DNA of 64,000 nucleotides from Eledone cirrhosa (lineage: Eukaryota), in assembly GCA_964016885.1 (NCBI GenBank), contig OZ024743.1:191394001-191458000 (forward strand), given 5' to 3'. This document shows, piece by piece, positions 13,401 to 26,100 of the stretch. Each line of letters opens with the position of its first letter. Positions within the stretch are counted from its first letter, which is position 1. The position numbers were made by a program, and so were the translations under genes. Below the pieces are notes generated by a model. That model was not told the origin of the DNA and did no database searches. It saw nothing but the letters and a program-made list of their open reading frames with translations.

Positions 13401-13919
13401 GAAAGAATGTCATCTCGCTACTACCTCCCCATGAGACACGATGGGATAGCTAGAACTATCTGGAACGCACTTCGGAAAACAAAATTAACAACAAACGAGG
13501 AAGAATATATTGAGACAGATGGCACTAAGGAATACTGGTGGAACCTGAAAATAAAAACTGCCACCAAATTAAAGCACAACCGGCCTGATATTGTAGTTTG
13601 GGACCACACATTGAAAACGTGTTCTGTTGTGGAGATCAGCTGCCCACTTGATGTAAACGTTGTCAGAAAAATACAGGAGAAGGAGGACATCTACGGACCA
13701 TTGATGAGGAGTTTACAAATCCAATATCCAAGATACACCTTTAGCTTCATACCCATCATTATTGGTGCTACGGGTTATATACCAACCCGCTTGGACCAAA
13801 GTATGACCGAACTTGGATTTGCGGACAAAAAGCGCAGCTCCCTAATTCATAGTCTACAAATGGCTGCGATAGCTGGCACCTTCAAAATATGCAAAACATT
13901 CTTGCGATTCAAGGGATGA
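10421..13919 (+). CDS. RT-RLE polyprotein of family A (~1165 aa if the single +1 A at 13128-13137 is removed)
   Basis: The frame is open from 10421 (…QWSYELNKELYEAYKQSEP…MQRL). ORFs 10535-13141 and 13161-13919 are separated only by an A10 run, and the sister copy at ~63525-63545 is in frame there (QDKKIDQF). Confidence 0.85.
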
Positions 13920-14000
13920 CAATTTCTTTTCTTTTACAACCTTGCCACCAGGAAGGTGGCCGGTCAAAAAAATATACTCGAAATTAAGAGAAAGAGAAAA
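10421..14000 (+). mobile_element. R4/Dong-clade RLE non-LTR retrotransposon, family A, near full length, inserted in (TACA)n
   Basis: Single ORF with RT (DYQKAFDSV, GIFQGDSLS, HLFFVDDLKLY), CCHC finger (CRLC...H...C), RHD and PD-(D/E) nuclease (RPDIVVWD...VVEISCP). The 80-bp 3' UTR ends GAGAAAA|CATAC. Confidence 0.93.
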
Positions 14001-14027
14001 CATACATACATACATACATACATACAT
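14001..14027. repeat. (CATA)n spacer between R4 families A and B
   Basis: Direct reading. Confidence 0.95.
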
Positions 14028-17000
14028 CTAAGTCTACCTCGAATGCTGAGGAAAACACTATCGATAATAATAATAATCGAAGAAATAATAATATTAATCG
14101 AATAAATGTGACACCACGTATACCAGCCGTGTCTACCTCGACTGTTGTGGAAAATACTATCGATAATGATAATCAAAAGTATAAACAATTGAAAATTTCC
14201 CTCAACGAAATCTTCCAGAGAGAAATTAACTCATGTATAAATATCTCTCTTGCTGAACGTGTTAAAATGGTGAATAAAAAACCAAATAATGAAATACTAC
14301 GTGTTATTGACGAAATAGGGGATGAATATTTACGACGGATAAAAACCCCAACATTTTGGCAAATCAACGCCTGTTTATATGCCTTAGCAATAACAGTGAA
14401 GCATTATCTTGGTGATAGCAGAGATATTAACAAGAACAAAACACCGCCAAAAATACCATCATATATAACTAAAATAGAAAAAAAGAGTGCTGACCTACGA
14501 AAAAACATAGGGCATGTGACAATGCTCCTTACATGCAAACACACATAAAAAACATCACTCCTCACCAACAAAGAGTGAAAAATAAAATAGTGACGATGTT
14601 TGGTAACAGTAGAACCAGAACTCTCCAATATAAGCTGATCACCCTCAAACAAGAATTGAGAGCTTTTAGCGAAAGACGCCGATACCTGAAGAAGGTAGAT
14701 GAGACAAAATGCTTAATAAGAGATTCAGACGAAACCAAACATCCGTCTATAGAGATATGAAGGGCAAAATAATAAGTGTCGCTGAGGACCCATCCCAGAA
14801 AGACATAGATTACTTTTGGAGAAAAATATGGGGTGAAAAGAAGAATTTCAACCAAGATGCAGTGTGGCTAAGAGAAATCCGAAAGAATTATTGCTCCTAC
14901 ACTACAACAAAAACATACGAAATAAGTGAGAGTACCCTTGAGACTGTGATAGGAAAACTCCAAGATAAGAAAACACCAGGAAGAGACATGATTGTCGGCT
15001 ACTGGTACAAAAAACTAATATTCTATCGGAGGTATCTTACTGACCTCTACCAACAAGTTCTTAAGGGAGATACACTTATACCAGAATGGTTGACATTAGC
15101 ACAAACGTTACTGGTCCCCAAGAACAAAGACACCCACATGGCAAAAAACTACCGACCCATTGCATGCCAGAACCTGATGTATAAGATGTATACAGCCTGC
15201 CTGAACCTATTCCTCCAAGATCACTGTGAAAATAATAACATCATCACAGATGAACAAGCAGCTGGAAAGAAAAAGGTTTGGGGATGTGCTGAACAACTCC
15301 TAATCAACAAAACTGCGATGTCGGAGGTGCGACAACTTAGGAGGAATATGACTACAGTCTAGCTGGACTACAGGAAAGCTTCTCTATTCTGTTCCCCACT
15401 CTTGGATGATAGAGGCCCTCCAACTTGCTAAAGTCCCAGACATTATTGTCAGAGCCATAGAGAGGCTATCTTCTTCTTGGGCTACTATCCTAAGGAGCGA
15501 GGACTCTATTTTCACTGATAAAATAAAATATTGCAGTGGTATATTTCAGGGGGACAGTCTCTCTGTGATATTGTTCATCTTGTCATTAAACTCCTTGTCC
15601 TTTCTGCTCAAGAAATGTGAGGGATACATCATTGGCTCACAGGAGGACAGAAATACGAACCTAACCCCTAACATCTTTGTGGACGATCTGAAACTCTATG
15701 TCAAGGACATGGATGGGATGAAGAAAAATCTTGACCTGGTTACAACGTTCTCAAAGGATATAGGAATGGAGTTTGGTCAAGATAAATGCTCATACATGAC
15801 TGTAAAGCGGGGAAAAACAACAACCCAATCTAGCAACATTGTCATCAATGGTCTAACTGTTTCACCGATATCTGATGAGGACTGCTACAGATACCTGGGG
15901 ATAGATGAGAACATATCCTATAATGGTATCTGTAATAAAGAACGCGTAACCAGGGAATACTACACCCGATTAAGAAAGATCTGGTCATCGGAACTCTCTG
16001 CGCAAAACAAAACAGTGGCTCACAATGTGCTTGCTGGGCCTGTCCTAAGACCAACGTTTGGAATACTCAATTGGACGATAGACGAAATCCGAGCAGTTGA
16101 TGTTGGAACTCGAATAATACTGAACAACACCGGAAACTTCCACATCAACAGTGACATAGACCGCCTTTACTTGAAACGTAAGCAGGGAGGCAGAGGCCTA
16201 ACATCAGTCCAGACAACATTTGAATGTCGCATCATATCTCTCCGACAACATCTACGAACCTCGAAGCGTAGGAGCGCGCTTCTCGAGCAAGTCTATCTGC
16301 ATGAAACAGATAAGATCATGACAGTTGGGAAGGAACTCCTTGAGAGATATTCCCTGTGTGATAATCAAAAACTCACACCCAGGGATGTCGCTCAGCAGTA
16401 TCGCAGTGAATTCATGGATGATCAGCAAAAATCATACATGGATATGTTGCCAGGAAGCTCCAGAGTGAGAGTAATATAGATAAGGAAAGTAGACTATTTT
16501 GGACCAACAACCGCTATATTGGCTCCCACTTTGAAGGTTACGCTTTTGCAATCCAGGAACAGGAGATTAGCACGAAATACCTGATTCACAAAAGAGATAG
16601 GGATGCAGGCAAAACACCTAGATGCGATAACAAGTGCAGACTCTGCAGAACTAACAACGAGGATATCACCCATGTCATCAGCAGCTGTCCAAAGATGTCA
16701 TCGCGGTACTATCTACCTATGAGGCATGATGTAGTGGCCAAAACACTGTACAATGCAGTTCGTAAAAATGATAGCCCCGATAATAAACACATTAAAAGCT
16801 ACAACAATGTGGAAAACATCCATGTACATAATATGAAAGAGTACTGGTGGAATGTACCAGTAAAAACCCCAATAAAATGCAGGCATAACAGACCAGATAT
16901 TATGATATGGGACAGGGAGAAGAAAACATGCACAGTAGTGGAAATTAGCTGCCCAGCAGATGCCAATATAATATCAAAGATTAGTGAAAAGGAGAATATT

Positions 17001-17428
17001 TATGCAGAACTGATGAGAAATCTGCAGATACTCCACCCTGATTACACCTTCAGATTTATGCCTGTGATTGTTGGGCACTGGGATGTGTTAGTAACTGCCT
17101 CAATACAAATCTTGAGAAGCTAGGCTTCACAGAAACAGAAAGAACACAACTAGTTAGGAAACTACAAGTACAATCCATTAATGGAACAGTAAAAATATGT
17201 AAAACATTCCAATTATTTTGCATCTAATAACTGCATATACACATGTACAGATACAAAGCATATACACATGCACACATACAACTCAAAACATCCACATCCA
17301 CACATACAATAACATCCATATCTACACATGCATGTTGTGTAAATTCCAATGAGAGAGTCTTGTGTCTATGTTAGAAACCGACTCTCTCTCTATTGGTAAA
17401 ACTTTGTGAAATTATAAAACCAGAAGAA
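14028..17428 (+). mobile_element. R4/Dong-clade RLE element, family B, 5'-truncated and disrupted, inserted in (TACA)n
   Basis: ORF pieces 14108-14548, 14709-15362, 15406-16479 and 16695-17123 contain NYRPIACQN, GIFQGDSLS, FVDDLKLY, RHD and RPDIMIWD..VVEISCP. The 3' end is CCAGAAGAA|CATAC. Confidence 0.92.
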
Positions 17429-17443
17429 CATACATACATACAC

Positions 17444-17527
17444 CAATTTCTTTTCTTTTACAACCTTGTCAACAGGAAGGTGGCCGGTCAAAAATGTACT
17501 CGATATTAAGAGAAAGAGAAATAGAAA
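17444..17527 (+). mobile_element. Family A mini-insertion consisting of the 3' UTR only
   Basis: Matches 13920-14000 (caatttcttttcttttacaaccttg...ggaaggtggccggtcaaaaa...aagagaaagagaaa), with (CATA)n on both sides. Confidence 0.88.
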
Positions 17528-17690
17528 CGTACATACATGTTTCTATACATGATTATATGCATAAATGAAAATATATACAAAATAAATGATCATATAAAAA
17601 GAATATATAGAACGATATAAATGCCTCCGGCACATACATTTGGGGTTGCTTATTGAAATTCCGGTATTTTGTATTATTATTATTATTATT

Positions 17691-20600
17691 GTTCTTTGAG
17701 TCTCAGTCATTGATGTTAGTTAACTGGAAAGTTTGTTGAAATGAATATCAAGCCACTACCTACAGCATCAGATATTTAGGACGTATCGGAGGGTTCTTGC
17801 TGTTCCCAACAAGCATGCCTTTTGAAGCGTTCCAAAAAGCCTGAAGGGGCCAATTTTCTTTAACCATCCTTGGAAACTTTTTGAGATAGTCCCTAGTGCG
17901 CCTATGACAATCGGGACCACTTTGACTTCATGGCAGTTCCAAATCCTTTTTACCTCCCACTTTAAGTCCTGGTATCGGTTAATTTTCTCCCTCTCCTTCT
18001 CTTGCACCCTCGTGTCGAATGGGCAGGCCACATCCACAATCAGGCACGATGTTTTTTCTTTGTCCAAAACCACCAGGTCAGGTCTATTGTGTTCCAGTTT
18101 CTTGTCCGTCTGTATCCTAAAATCCCACATCACCTTCACCTGATCGTTTTCTATCACCGACTCTGGTTTATGCTCATACCACTTCTCAGAATGTGGTAAA
18201 TTGTTTACTTTGCATAGGTGCCAGTGCATCACCCTGCCTATCACATCATGTCTCCAGCCCTTATAATGAGTCTGGGCTAGGTGTTTACACTCGGATACAA
18301 TGTGAGCCACAGTCTCCTCTCTCTCTCCACAGATCCTGCACAGTGGGCTAGCCTCCTCCTTGTAAATATGGTGTTTCAACCACTTCGTTTTGAGGGCCTG
18401 CTCTTGCGCAGCCATTAACATTCCTTCTGTAGCCTTTTTAAGGTCTCCTCTTTTCAACCAGTTCCATGTCTGTGGATCTCTGAATTCAGTTTTCGCAAAG
18501 AAGGCACTCTGAAGGGATTTTTCCTCAAGGCTGCTCTTTCTCCTTGTTGTTATTTCTTCCTTGGACATTCCCTGGTCTATTGTCCTCTCCTTCAGTACAG
18601 TTCTGAGCATTGGCTCATTACTATCAGTCACGTATTTGTGTAGGTTGTTTTTCTCCATCTGAATACAGTCCTCTATGCTGATAAGACCTCTTCCACCTTC
18701 AGATCTCCTTAAGTAGAGTCTATCGACATCACTCCTCTTGTGGAACATGTTGTAGATAGTCAATAGCTTCCTAGTCTTCCTATCCATTTCTTTTTGTTCA
18801 GCAACATTCCATCTCAGAATTCCTGCACTGTACCTAATAATAGACACAGCTCGGGAATTTACTGCACTTATGGTATTCCTACTGTTCAGATGTGACTTTA
18901 ATACGCTCCTTACTCTCCGAATGTATTCAGTTCTTATCAATTCCTTCATGTTTTTGTTCTTGATGTCATCAGCCTCCAGAACACCCAAACACTTGTATCC
19001 TTCTTCAGTGTCAATTTCATTTATCATCTCACCTGTTGGTACCTGGATTCCGTTGCTTCTGCTCAATTTACCCCTCTTCATCACAAGGAATCCACACTTA
19101 CTAATACCAAATTGCATACATATATCATTGCTGAAAATACGGACAGTGTCAACAAGCACATCCAACTCCTTCTCACTATTCCCGAAGAGCTTAAGATCGT
19201 CCATGAAGAGGAGGTGATTGATGGTAAGCTCTCCCTTTCCCAACTTGTATCCTGCTCTCACTTTTCGCAGTACAATGGTCAGGGGCATCAGGGCAAGGAC
19301 AAACAACAGAGGTGATGGACTATCTCCCTGGAAGATACCTCTCTTGATCTTCACGCCTACCAAGGATTCTCCATCTGATGTTAATTCTATTTCCCAGGAC
19401 TTCATACTTTTGCCCAACAACTGTCTGATCTTATCTGCCACCTTGAAGATCTCTAGGCTTTTGGTGATCCAAGAATGCGGCACCATGTCAAATGCCTTTT
19501 TGTAGTCTATCCATCCCATGGCAAGACTAGTGTGTCTCCTGTTGCAATTCCTCATTACCATCTTATCAATAAGTAACTGGTCCTTTGTACCACGGGACTT
19601 CTTTCGGCATCCTTTCTGTTCGTCCGGTAACAAGTTGTTTGTGTGGAGGTGATGGTAGTTTTCCTCAGACATAATGCTTTTCAACAGTTTCCACATTACG
19701 GACAGACATGTGATAGGTCTATAGTTGGTAACATCATTACCCTTGATTCGGTCCTTCATTACCAGAACTGTGGTACTTTTTGTCAACCACTCTGGTATCT
19801 CACCTGACATCAAGCAGTCATTGAACATGGTTGTCAGTTTCGGGTGGAGGGATGTTATATTTTTAATCCAATACCCCTGCACACCATCTGGGCCTGGTGA
19901 TTTCCAGTTGGTTAGTTTTTTGGCCTGCCCCTTAAGAGTTTCAACTGTGATACTCAGGTCAGTTTGTTGTTGTGCCTGTTCACTAATCTACTTCTGTACT
20001 GTCTCAATCCACACTGCCTGGTCATTATGTTCAACATCCTGCTCCCATATTCCTCTCCAGAATGTTTTAGTTCGTTCCGCCCCAGGGATCAAGTCGTTGC
20101 CTCTTTCTTTTCCCTCAAGTTGTCCAAACAGCATCTTCTGGTTGTTGTCAAACATGAGGTTCTGTCTATACTGACTGACTCTGCTCTCGTATCGCCTAAT
20201 TTTTGCACACTTTGCTACAATGCATTGCTTCAGTTCCTCTATGATAATATTTAGCTTTTTCCTCCTAGTTTTGTACTTTATTTCCAGCCTATTTTTAGTG
20301 TCTATGTTTTTTAGTGTCCCATTCAGTAGGGACTCAAGCTTTCCAATGTCATTTCTCATTTCCCTGATTTGACCACTCAGTCGTTTTTCCACCAAGGCTC
20401 TGATCTTTCTTGTTTGTTGTTTCCTCTCGCTTTTATACTAAGTAATTTCCTCACCGCATTTGCTGTTGCTTTGAGGATATTGTTGCACTGGTGAAGGCTC
20501 CTCGCCTCAAGGTATGGGATGACTTTGTTTACCTTAGCTGTTGTTTCTTTTAACTTTTTCCTGTCTACAAATCTTAGGTTCATAGGTTTCCCACTATCAT

Positions 20601-21128
20601 TGTTCAATTCATCTACCACTAAGTTTAGGATATCAACCAAATCTTGTCCTAGCCCGTCAGCATTCATCTCCTCAATGGCCGTATCTTTGTTCCAGGTATT
20701 ATTTATTTCAGCATTCAGATCATTGTCTGCTTCGGATGGTTCCTCCGTTCTCTCAACCTCTTCACCTTCATTTCCCACTGGCTCATTTGCCTGGCATACA
20801 CCACTCTCCATTTCCAAGCTAATCTCTCTGCTCAGTTCCTCCAGTTCCAGCTCGCTTATCCACCCATTAGTTCTTATTACCCCAGCCTGCCCGGCCAATT
20901 TTTGTTCATCTAATTTAAATAGACCAATTTCGTTCCAGATGTTATGCATCCGTTTCCTATAGCCTTTCTCCTTGGGGTTACTCTTCAGGTAACATTGCAT
21001 AACAGTTCTATTCAATTCTTTCGTACAGTTGGTTCTGGTCCCTTTTTTTCTTCCTCCGACACCAGCAGTATTTGGTTGACAGCCAGGTCCCTGCTGCTGA
21101 GCCAGGGAGCACCTGCTGGGTGAGAGTT
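17691..21128 (-). mobile_element. R4/Dong-clade RLE element, family C, near full length, 3' end in (TAA)n
   Basis: ORFs 20377-21015, 19988-20395 and 17768-19882 contain NYRPITCL, GIFQGDS, HLLFMDDLKLF, CRICG..H..SEC, RHD and RPDLVVLD..IVDVACP. The tail abuts (TAT)n at 17672-17690. Confidence 0.93.
17768..19882 (-). CDS. RT-CCHC-RLE portion of the family C polyprotein (704 aa; upstream part broken by a stop and a frameshift)
   Basis: ORF track; motifs as listed for family C. Confidence 0.85.
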   Translation of the reverse strand: MQGYWIKNITSLHPKLTTMFNDCLMSGEIPEWLTKSTTVLVMKDRIKGNDVTNYRPITCLSVMWKLLKSIMSEENYHHLHTNNLLPDEQKGCRKKSRGTKDQLLIDKMVMRNCNRRHTSLAMGWIDYKKAFDMVPHSWITKSLEIFKVADKIRQLLGKSMKSWEIELTSDGESLVGVKIKRGIFQGDSPSPLLFVLALMPLTIVLRKVRAGYKLGKGELTINHLLFMDDLKLFGNSEKELDVLVDTVRIFSNDICMQFGISKCGFLVMKRGKLSRSNGIQVPTGEMINEIDTEEGYKCLGVLEADDIKNKNMKELIRTEYIRRVRSVLKSHLNSRNTISAVNSRAVSIIRYSAGILRWNVAEQKEMDRKTRKLLTIYNMFHKRSDVDRLYLRRSEGGRGLISIEDCIQMEKNNLHKYVTDSNEPMLRTVLKERTIDQGMSKEEITTRRKSSLEEKSLQSAFFAKTEFRDPQTWNWLKRGDLKKATEGMLMAAQEQALKTKWLKHHIYKEEASPLCRICGEREETVAHIVSECKHLAQTHYKGWRHDVIGRVMHWHLCKVNNLPHSEKWYEHKPESVIENDQVKVMWDFRIQTDKKLEHNRPDLVVLDKEKTSCLIVDVACPFDTRVQEKEREKINRYQDLKWEVKRIWNCHEVKVVPIVIGALGTISKSFQGWLKKIGPFRLFGTLQKACLLGTARTLRYVLNI

Positions 21129-21172
21129 ATAAACATTTATAATTATCAAAAAAATTTCTTTGAAAAAATAAC

Positions 21173-23125
21173 ATGGAAGTCTCACAGCCACACGAAGCTG
21201 AGAGCCTTCCTCTTAAACTAACACCTCACACCGACACCACCATTGTAAATATTACTACGTTTGCCAACACAAAAAATTTAAGCAGTAGTAATATTTTAAA
21301 TTTGTCTCAGGCAGACATTCATTTCCCGCCATTACCAATGACTGCAAGTGTTAAAGCCGCCACCGCCACCACCGCGACAACCACCACCCCCACCACCCCC
21401 ACCACCACCGCGACAACAGAAACAAAAGGAAAAAATAAATTAACTCGTGATGTCGAAATGAATTCAACCAAAATGGACTCCTCCACACCGAACACCACTG
21501 ACGTCCCCACCACCACAACTGTAACTAAAATTAATAATAACAAAAATAACGATAACTACAACAGCAACAATGACATTAAAAAAAACACCTGAGATTTGCC
21601 AGAGTAGCAAAACAGTGCGAAGCATTTCAGGTAACTCAGGAGGAATTAGAAAATGCCAAAAAAATGGTAAAGAAAGATGGGTACAGGGTCAGCCTCACCC
21701 CCCCCCCCCTAATAAAATGGAGCATCGGCGCCTATGCACCGTGTCGTATCGAACAATTAATGTAAAATCGCGCCGGGTGGAACGGGCATCCGAGTCCCAA
21801 ATCCAAAAAGCTTTGGGACATGTGTGAGCAAGAAAAACCCACATCAGACGTGGGCAGAAGTATGGAGCCGTGGACGTGTTCTTTAAAACACGAGAAGAGG
21901 CTAGAGAACACTCCGTGGCCCCATTAAGAAGTGACAACTTCACACTCGTCCCAAGCTATTGTGGCCAGAGACTCGTAAAGATCAGGGTGACCCACGTTCC
22001 ACCGGCCATCGAAATTCCCTGGCCAATAGCGGCCGTCCTCGCCGGCATCGAAGCCAACACCAAGATAATAGCAATAGCAAAAGAAAATCAGGAGAACTGG
22101 TCCGGATCTGGGATGGAGCTCCTGATTCAAGCGGACCACAAAAGCATAGAGGAGATCCCAAAGGTAATAGACCTCACTGACGGCAGCCACCTCACCGTAT
22201 TTGTCGAGGGCAGAAGGCCTAGGTGTGTCGTTTGTGGTGAAGGAACCCACCTAGGGGCTTTCTGCCCTCAGGCTAAACGGTTGAGGCTACCTCTCCTACC
22301 CACCCCAGTGACTCAACCATCAACACCACCAGTAGCAGAGATGGCAGCAACAACTATAGCAGCAACAACAGAAGCAACTATAACAGCAACAACCCCAGCA
22401 ACAGTAGCAAAACCAACACAACAACCACCCAACGCTTCAGAACTAGCACCAGCGCCTACACCATCCACCACGCCACAACCAAAACTAAACTAACGCCTGT
22501 GGTGGATTTTCCACTCCCCGGCCTATCACAACTGGGGACAGATTGTGACGACGAGGAGTGGGAAACGGTATCAGGAAAAAAGAAAAAATTCTCTTCCTTC
22601 CCCCTCCAAAAACAAAATACAGAGGGAAACAAATATATTAACAAACAAAAAAGTTAGGACAGATATGCCACCATCCACACCAGCATCACCAACCCCATCA
22701 CCCCAAACACCAACACCATCACCATCATTTACCCCAATACCACCATCACCTACACCACTAAAGTCACCAAAATGCGAAACAGAAACAAACCCACAACAAA
22801 CGCAAACAAAACAAAACAACCAAAACGATACATACTACACAGCATTACATTTGAACAACAACCAATTATTACACTACATCCAACACAACACCAGCATCAC
22901 AGAAAAAGACTACACTACAACCCAAAAATTCACACCACTCCACACATACAAATCACTCGCATCACACAGAATACGTACATGACACTAAAACAAAAATTCC
23001 CCAAAGACATCGGAGACTTCCGACAAGCACTCTCCAGGAGGATTGATAAAGACATCCTTCCTGAGGAAGCCACAAGCAGTGAAAAGGATGGAAAAACCGT
23101 CCTTCCTCTACGAGATGTAAGGTAA
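21173..23125 (+). pseudogene. Tx1 ORF1 (gag-like; Thr/Pro-rich regions and zinc knuckle), frameshifted
   Basis: ATG at 21173. CVVCGEGTHLGAFC (CCHC) lies in ORF 21870-22493, and the region is collinear with 1-1690. Confidence 0.8.
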
Positions 23126-23159
23126 GTGGTCTTTCCCATCTTTTCCACTCGATTTCAAC

Positions 23160-26100
23160 ATGACCTCACTCAGAATAGGCAGCATAAATGCGCGTGGCTT
23201 GGGGTCGTCATGGAAGCAGGGCCACCTGCTCAACGATCTCAGGTCACTAAACATAGATGTAGTGGCCATCAGCGAGACCAGAATCTCCGAAGCACGGGCC
23301 TTCGCACCGATCTTCGGCGGCTACAATATGTACGCATCTCCCAGCCGTCCGGGATCGGGGGTGGAGTTGCTGTGCTGTTTCGGAGAGGTTTAGATCTTGC
23401 ATACGGGCCATCTTCCTGGACCCAGAAGGTAAGTTGGTGGTGCTCGACGTGACCAGCAGAGACGGGCAAGATTTCAGGTTAGTGGCCGTCTATGCCCCGA
23501 CAGGAGCAGGGCGGCCTGATTTCTTCCGGCGTCTGGAGACCTTTCTTGGAACGTCCCGCTCTTTAGTGTTAGTGGGCGACTGGAACGGGATCTTAGATGC
23601 ACGCTGGGACTGTGTGGGATTAGTGGATAGGGGAGGAGGGTGCAAGAGTCTCACCAACCTGCTCAGGCGTTTTGAACTGTCTGACAGGTACCGATTGGAT
23701 TTCCCGAATGTACGAATGTGGACTTGGACAAATCGCATAGAGTCATCCAGATCATATCTAGATAGAGTATTTTGTAGGGAAATAGATAGGTCTAGCATAG
23801 GCTGTCCACAATTCAAGATAGTCAGCTACACGGACCATAAATTCGTGATCTGTATGCTTGACTTAGATAGGCTTCATAGACGAGGACCCGGCTACTGGAA
23901 GCTAAACGCGTCCTTAGCAGCGCGCAAGGCCTACAGAGACCGGATTAGCGAACTAGTTAAGCGGGCGGTGACGGGGGCCATCGTCAACAACAAGTGGGGG
24001 TTTTCTCTGAAAAGAGCAATTAGAATAGAGTCCATTAGGTTTAGTAAGGCTTTAGCAATAGAGAAAAATAGAGCAGAGAGAGAATTAGTTAGAAAATTAG
24101 ACGAGGCGCTTTGCAAAGGCATCGCGACCGACGTACTTGCGGCGAAATTGGTTTTTGACCAATTCTTCAATGCAAAGCACGAAGGCTGCGTTGTCAGAGC
24201 TAGGGTGCGTACTCTTAGACACGAGGGGACGAAAGCCGTTCAATGGGCCCGAGTGGCGGAGGCGCGTCGTGGAAACAAAGCCACGATACGGTCTTTGGTG
24301 GACCACGACGGGCGCATGCTACTCGATCCCGGGCAAATGTGTGAAGCTTTTCAGCGACACTTCGCCCAGATGTTCGGGGGCAGCGCCGGGCCGGATCGAG
24401 GGATGGACTTTAGTGTCTACCTCGACTGACTGCCGCGGCTCTCGGCCACTGAGGCGGAGTGTTGCGAAAAGCCGATAACAGCCGCTGAAGTAAGGGAGGC
24501 AATGTCTGGCTGCACAAGGGGTAAATCGCCTGGTTTGGATGGTCTGCCCTATGAACTTTACGTACAAATGCCAGACTTGTTCGGAGGCCTCTTGGTGGAC
24601 GTCTACTGCAACTGGCAACAGAACGGGAGAATTCCGAGCTCTGTGAGCCGAGGAGCGGTGGCGCTGCTGAGAAAGGATCCGAACAAGGGGGATAACATAG
24701 ATAATTTTAGGCCCATAACTCTGCTAAACAGAGTTCAAGATTTTGGCCAGGGAGCTAGCAAAGAGGTTGGCGCTTGTCGTTGGTGGTCTGGTGGGAGAGG
24801 CGCAGACATGCGCCATTCCCGACAGATCCATCCATGACAACCTCCACCTCATGCGATACAACGTAGAGAGGGTAGCTAGGGAACCTGGCTCGGGTGGGTC
24901 CTTGATCAATTTAGATCAGTCGAAAGCTTTCGATAGGGTCGACCATCGTGACCTAGCGGCAGTCCTGAGGGCGGCTGGCTTTGGGCTCGTCTTCAGAGGC
25001 TCGATCGCTGCCATGCACAGCGACATCTGCTCTGTAGTGAGAGTGAACGGTCACCTTTCGGAACCGTTCAACATCATGCGCTCGGTCCGCAAAGGATGTC
25101 CCCTCTCGTCCCTATTGTACGTATTGACTCTCGAGCCATTACTGCACAAACTGGAGACGTTGAGGGGCGTCCCGCGCGAACTAGGATGCGGAAGATCCGT
25201 GTCAGCATATGCGGACGATGTCACCGTAGTGGTGTCGAACGCCAAACACATCGAGGCGATCGGCACTACACTAAGAGAATACGAAGCGGTGACAGGAGCA
25301 ATGATCAAGAAGGAAAAGTTAGTGGGCCTGCAGCTCGGCACCTGGAGAGGCAAGTCCATGCCGTCTAACAGCGTCGTCGAGCGCTGGACGGACGGACCGG
25401 TTAAATTGCTAGGGGTCTGGTTCGGTCCGGACCTCCAGACGGACATAAACTGGGACTGGTGACGAGCAGCGTGGCTTCTCTCACCCAGAAATGGGCCGAG
25501 AGGAAGCTATCCCAGAAAGGTCGAGCGGAGGTGGCTAATGCGTACATCGCGTACGTCATCTACTACCGCCTGACCATCGTACCTTGTCCTAAGCCCCGCC
25601 TGACTGCGCTGGAGCGTTTGCTCTTTCGCTTTTTGTGGAAGGGACGCGCTCCGATGGTCAGGCGGTCCATCTGCTGTCAACACCCGCTACGTGGAGGGCT
25701 GGGCATGCTGTGGCTGATGATGCGCAGACACGCGCTCAAGCTACTACATCTCCACCTCTTCCTCGACGGTGATCAGGTGTGGTCGCCGTTTGCTAGACAC
25801 GTCTTTTCCCAGCTTGTCTCCTTGACGGAGCTGCAGTCCTGGGTCAAGCGAAGACCGAGAGAGAGCGCTTGGAGACTGGAATGTCTTCAGGCGCTCACAG
25901 CCCTCGACCAATCGGGCAATGTGATCGGTGAAAACTCCACCTTGGCGTTCTATAGAGGATTAGTGGAGGGGAAGAGAGAGCGACGACGTACTTGGGGGAA
26001 ACTATAGGCGTCGACGAAAATCAACTAGCCAATCTCTTCGGAAGGACTTTCGGGCCGGAGCCTATGGACAACTTCCAGAAATTCCTGGCCTGGCAGTGCT

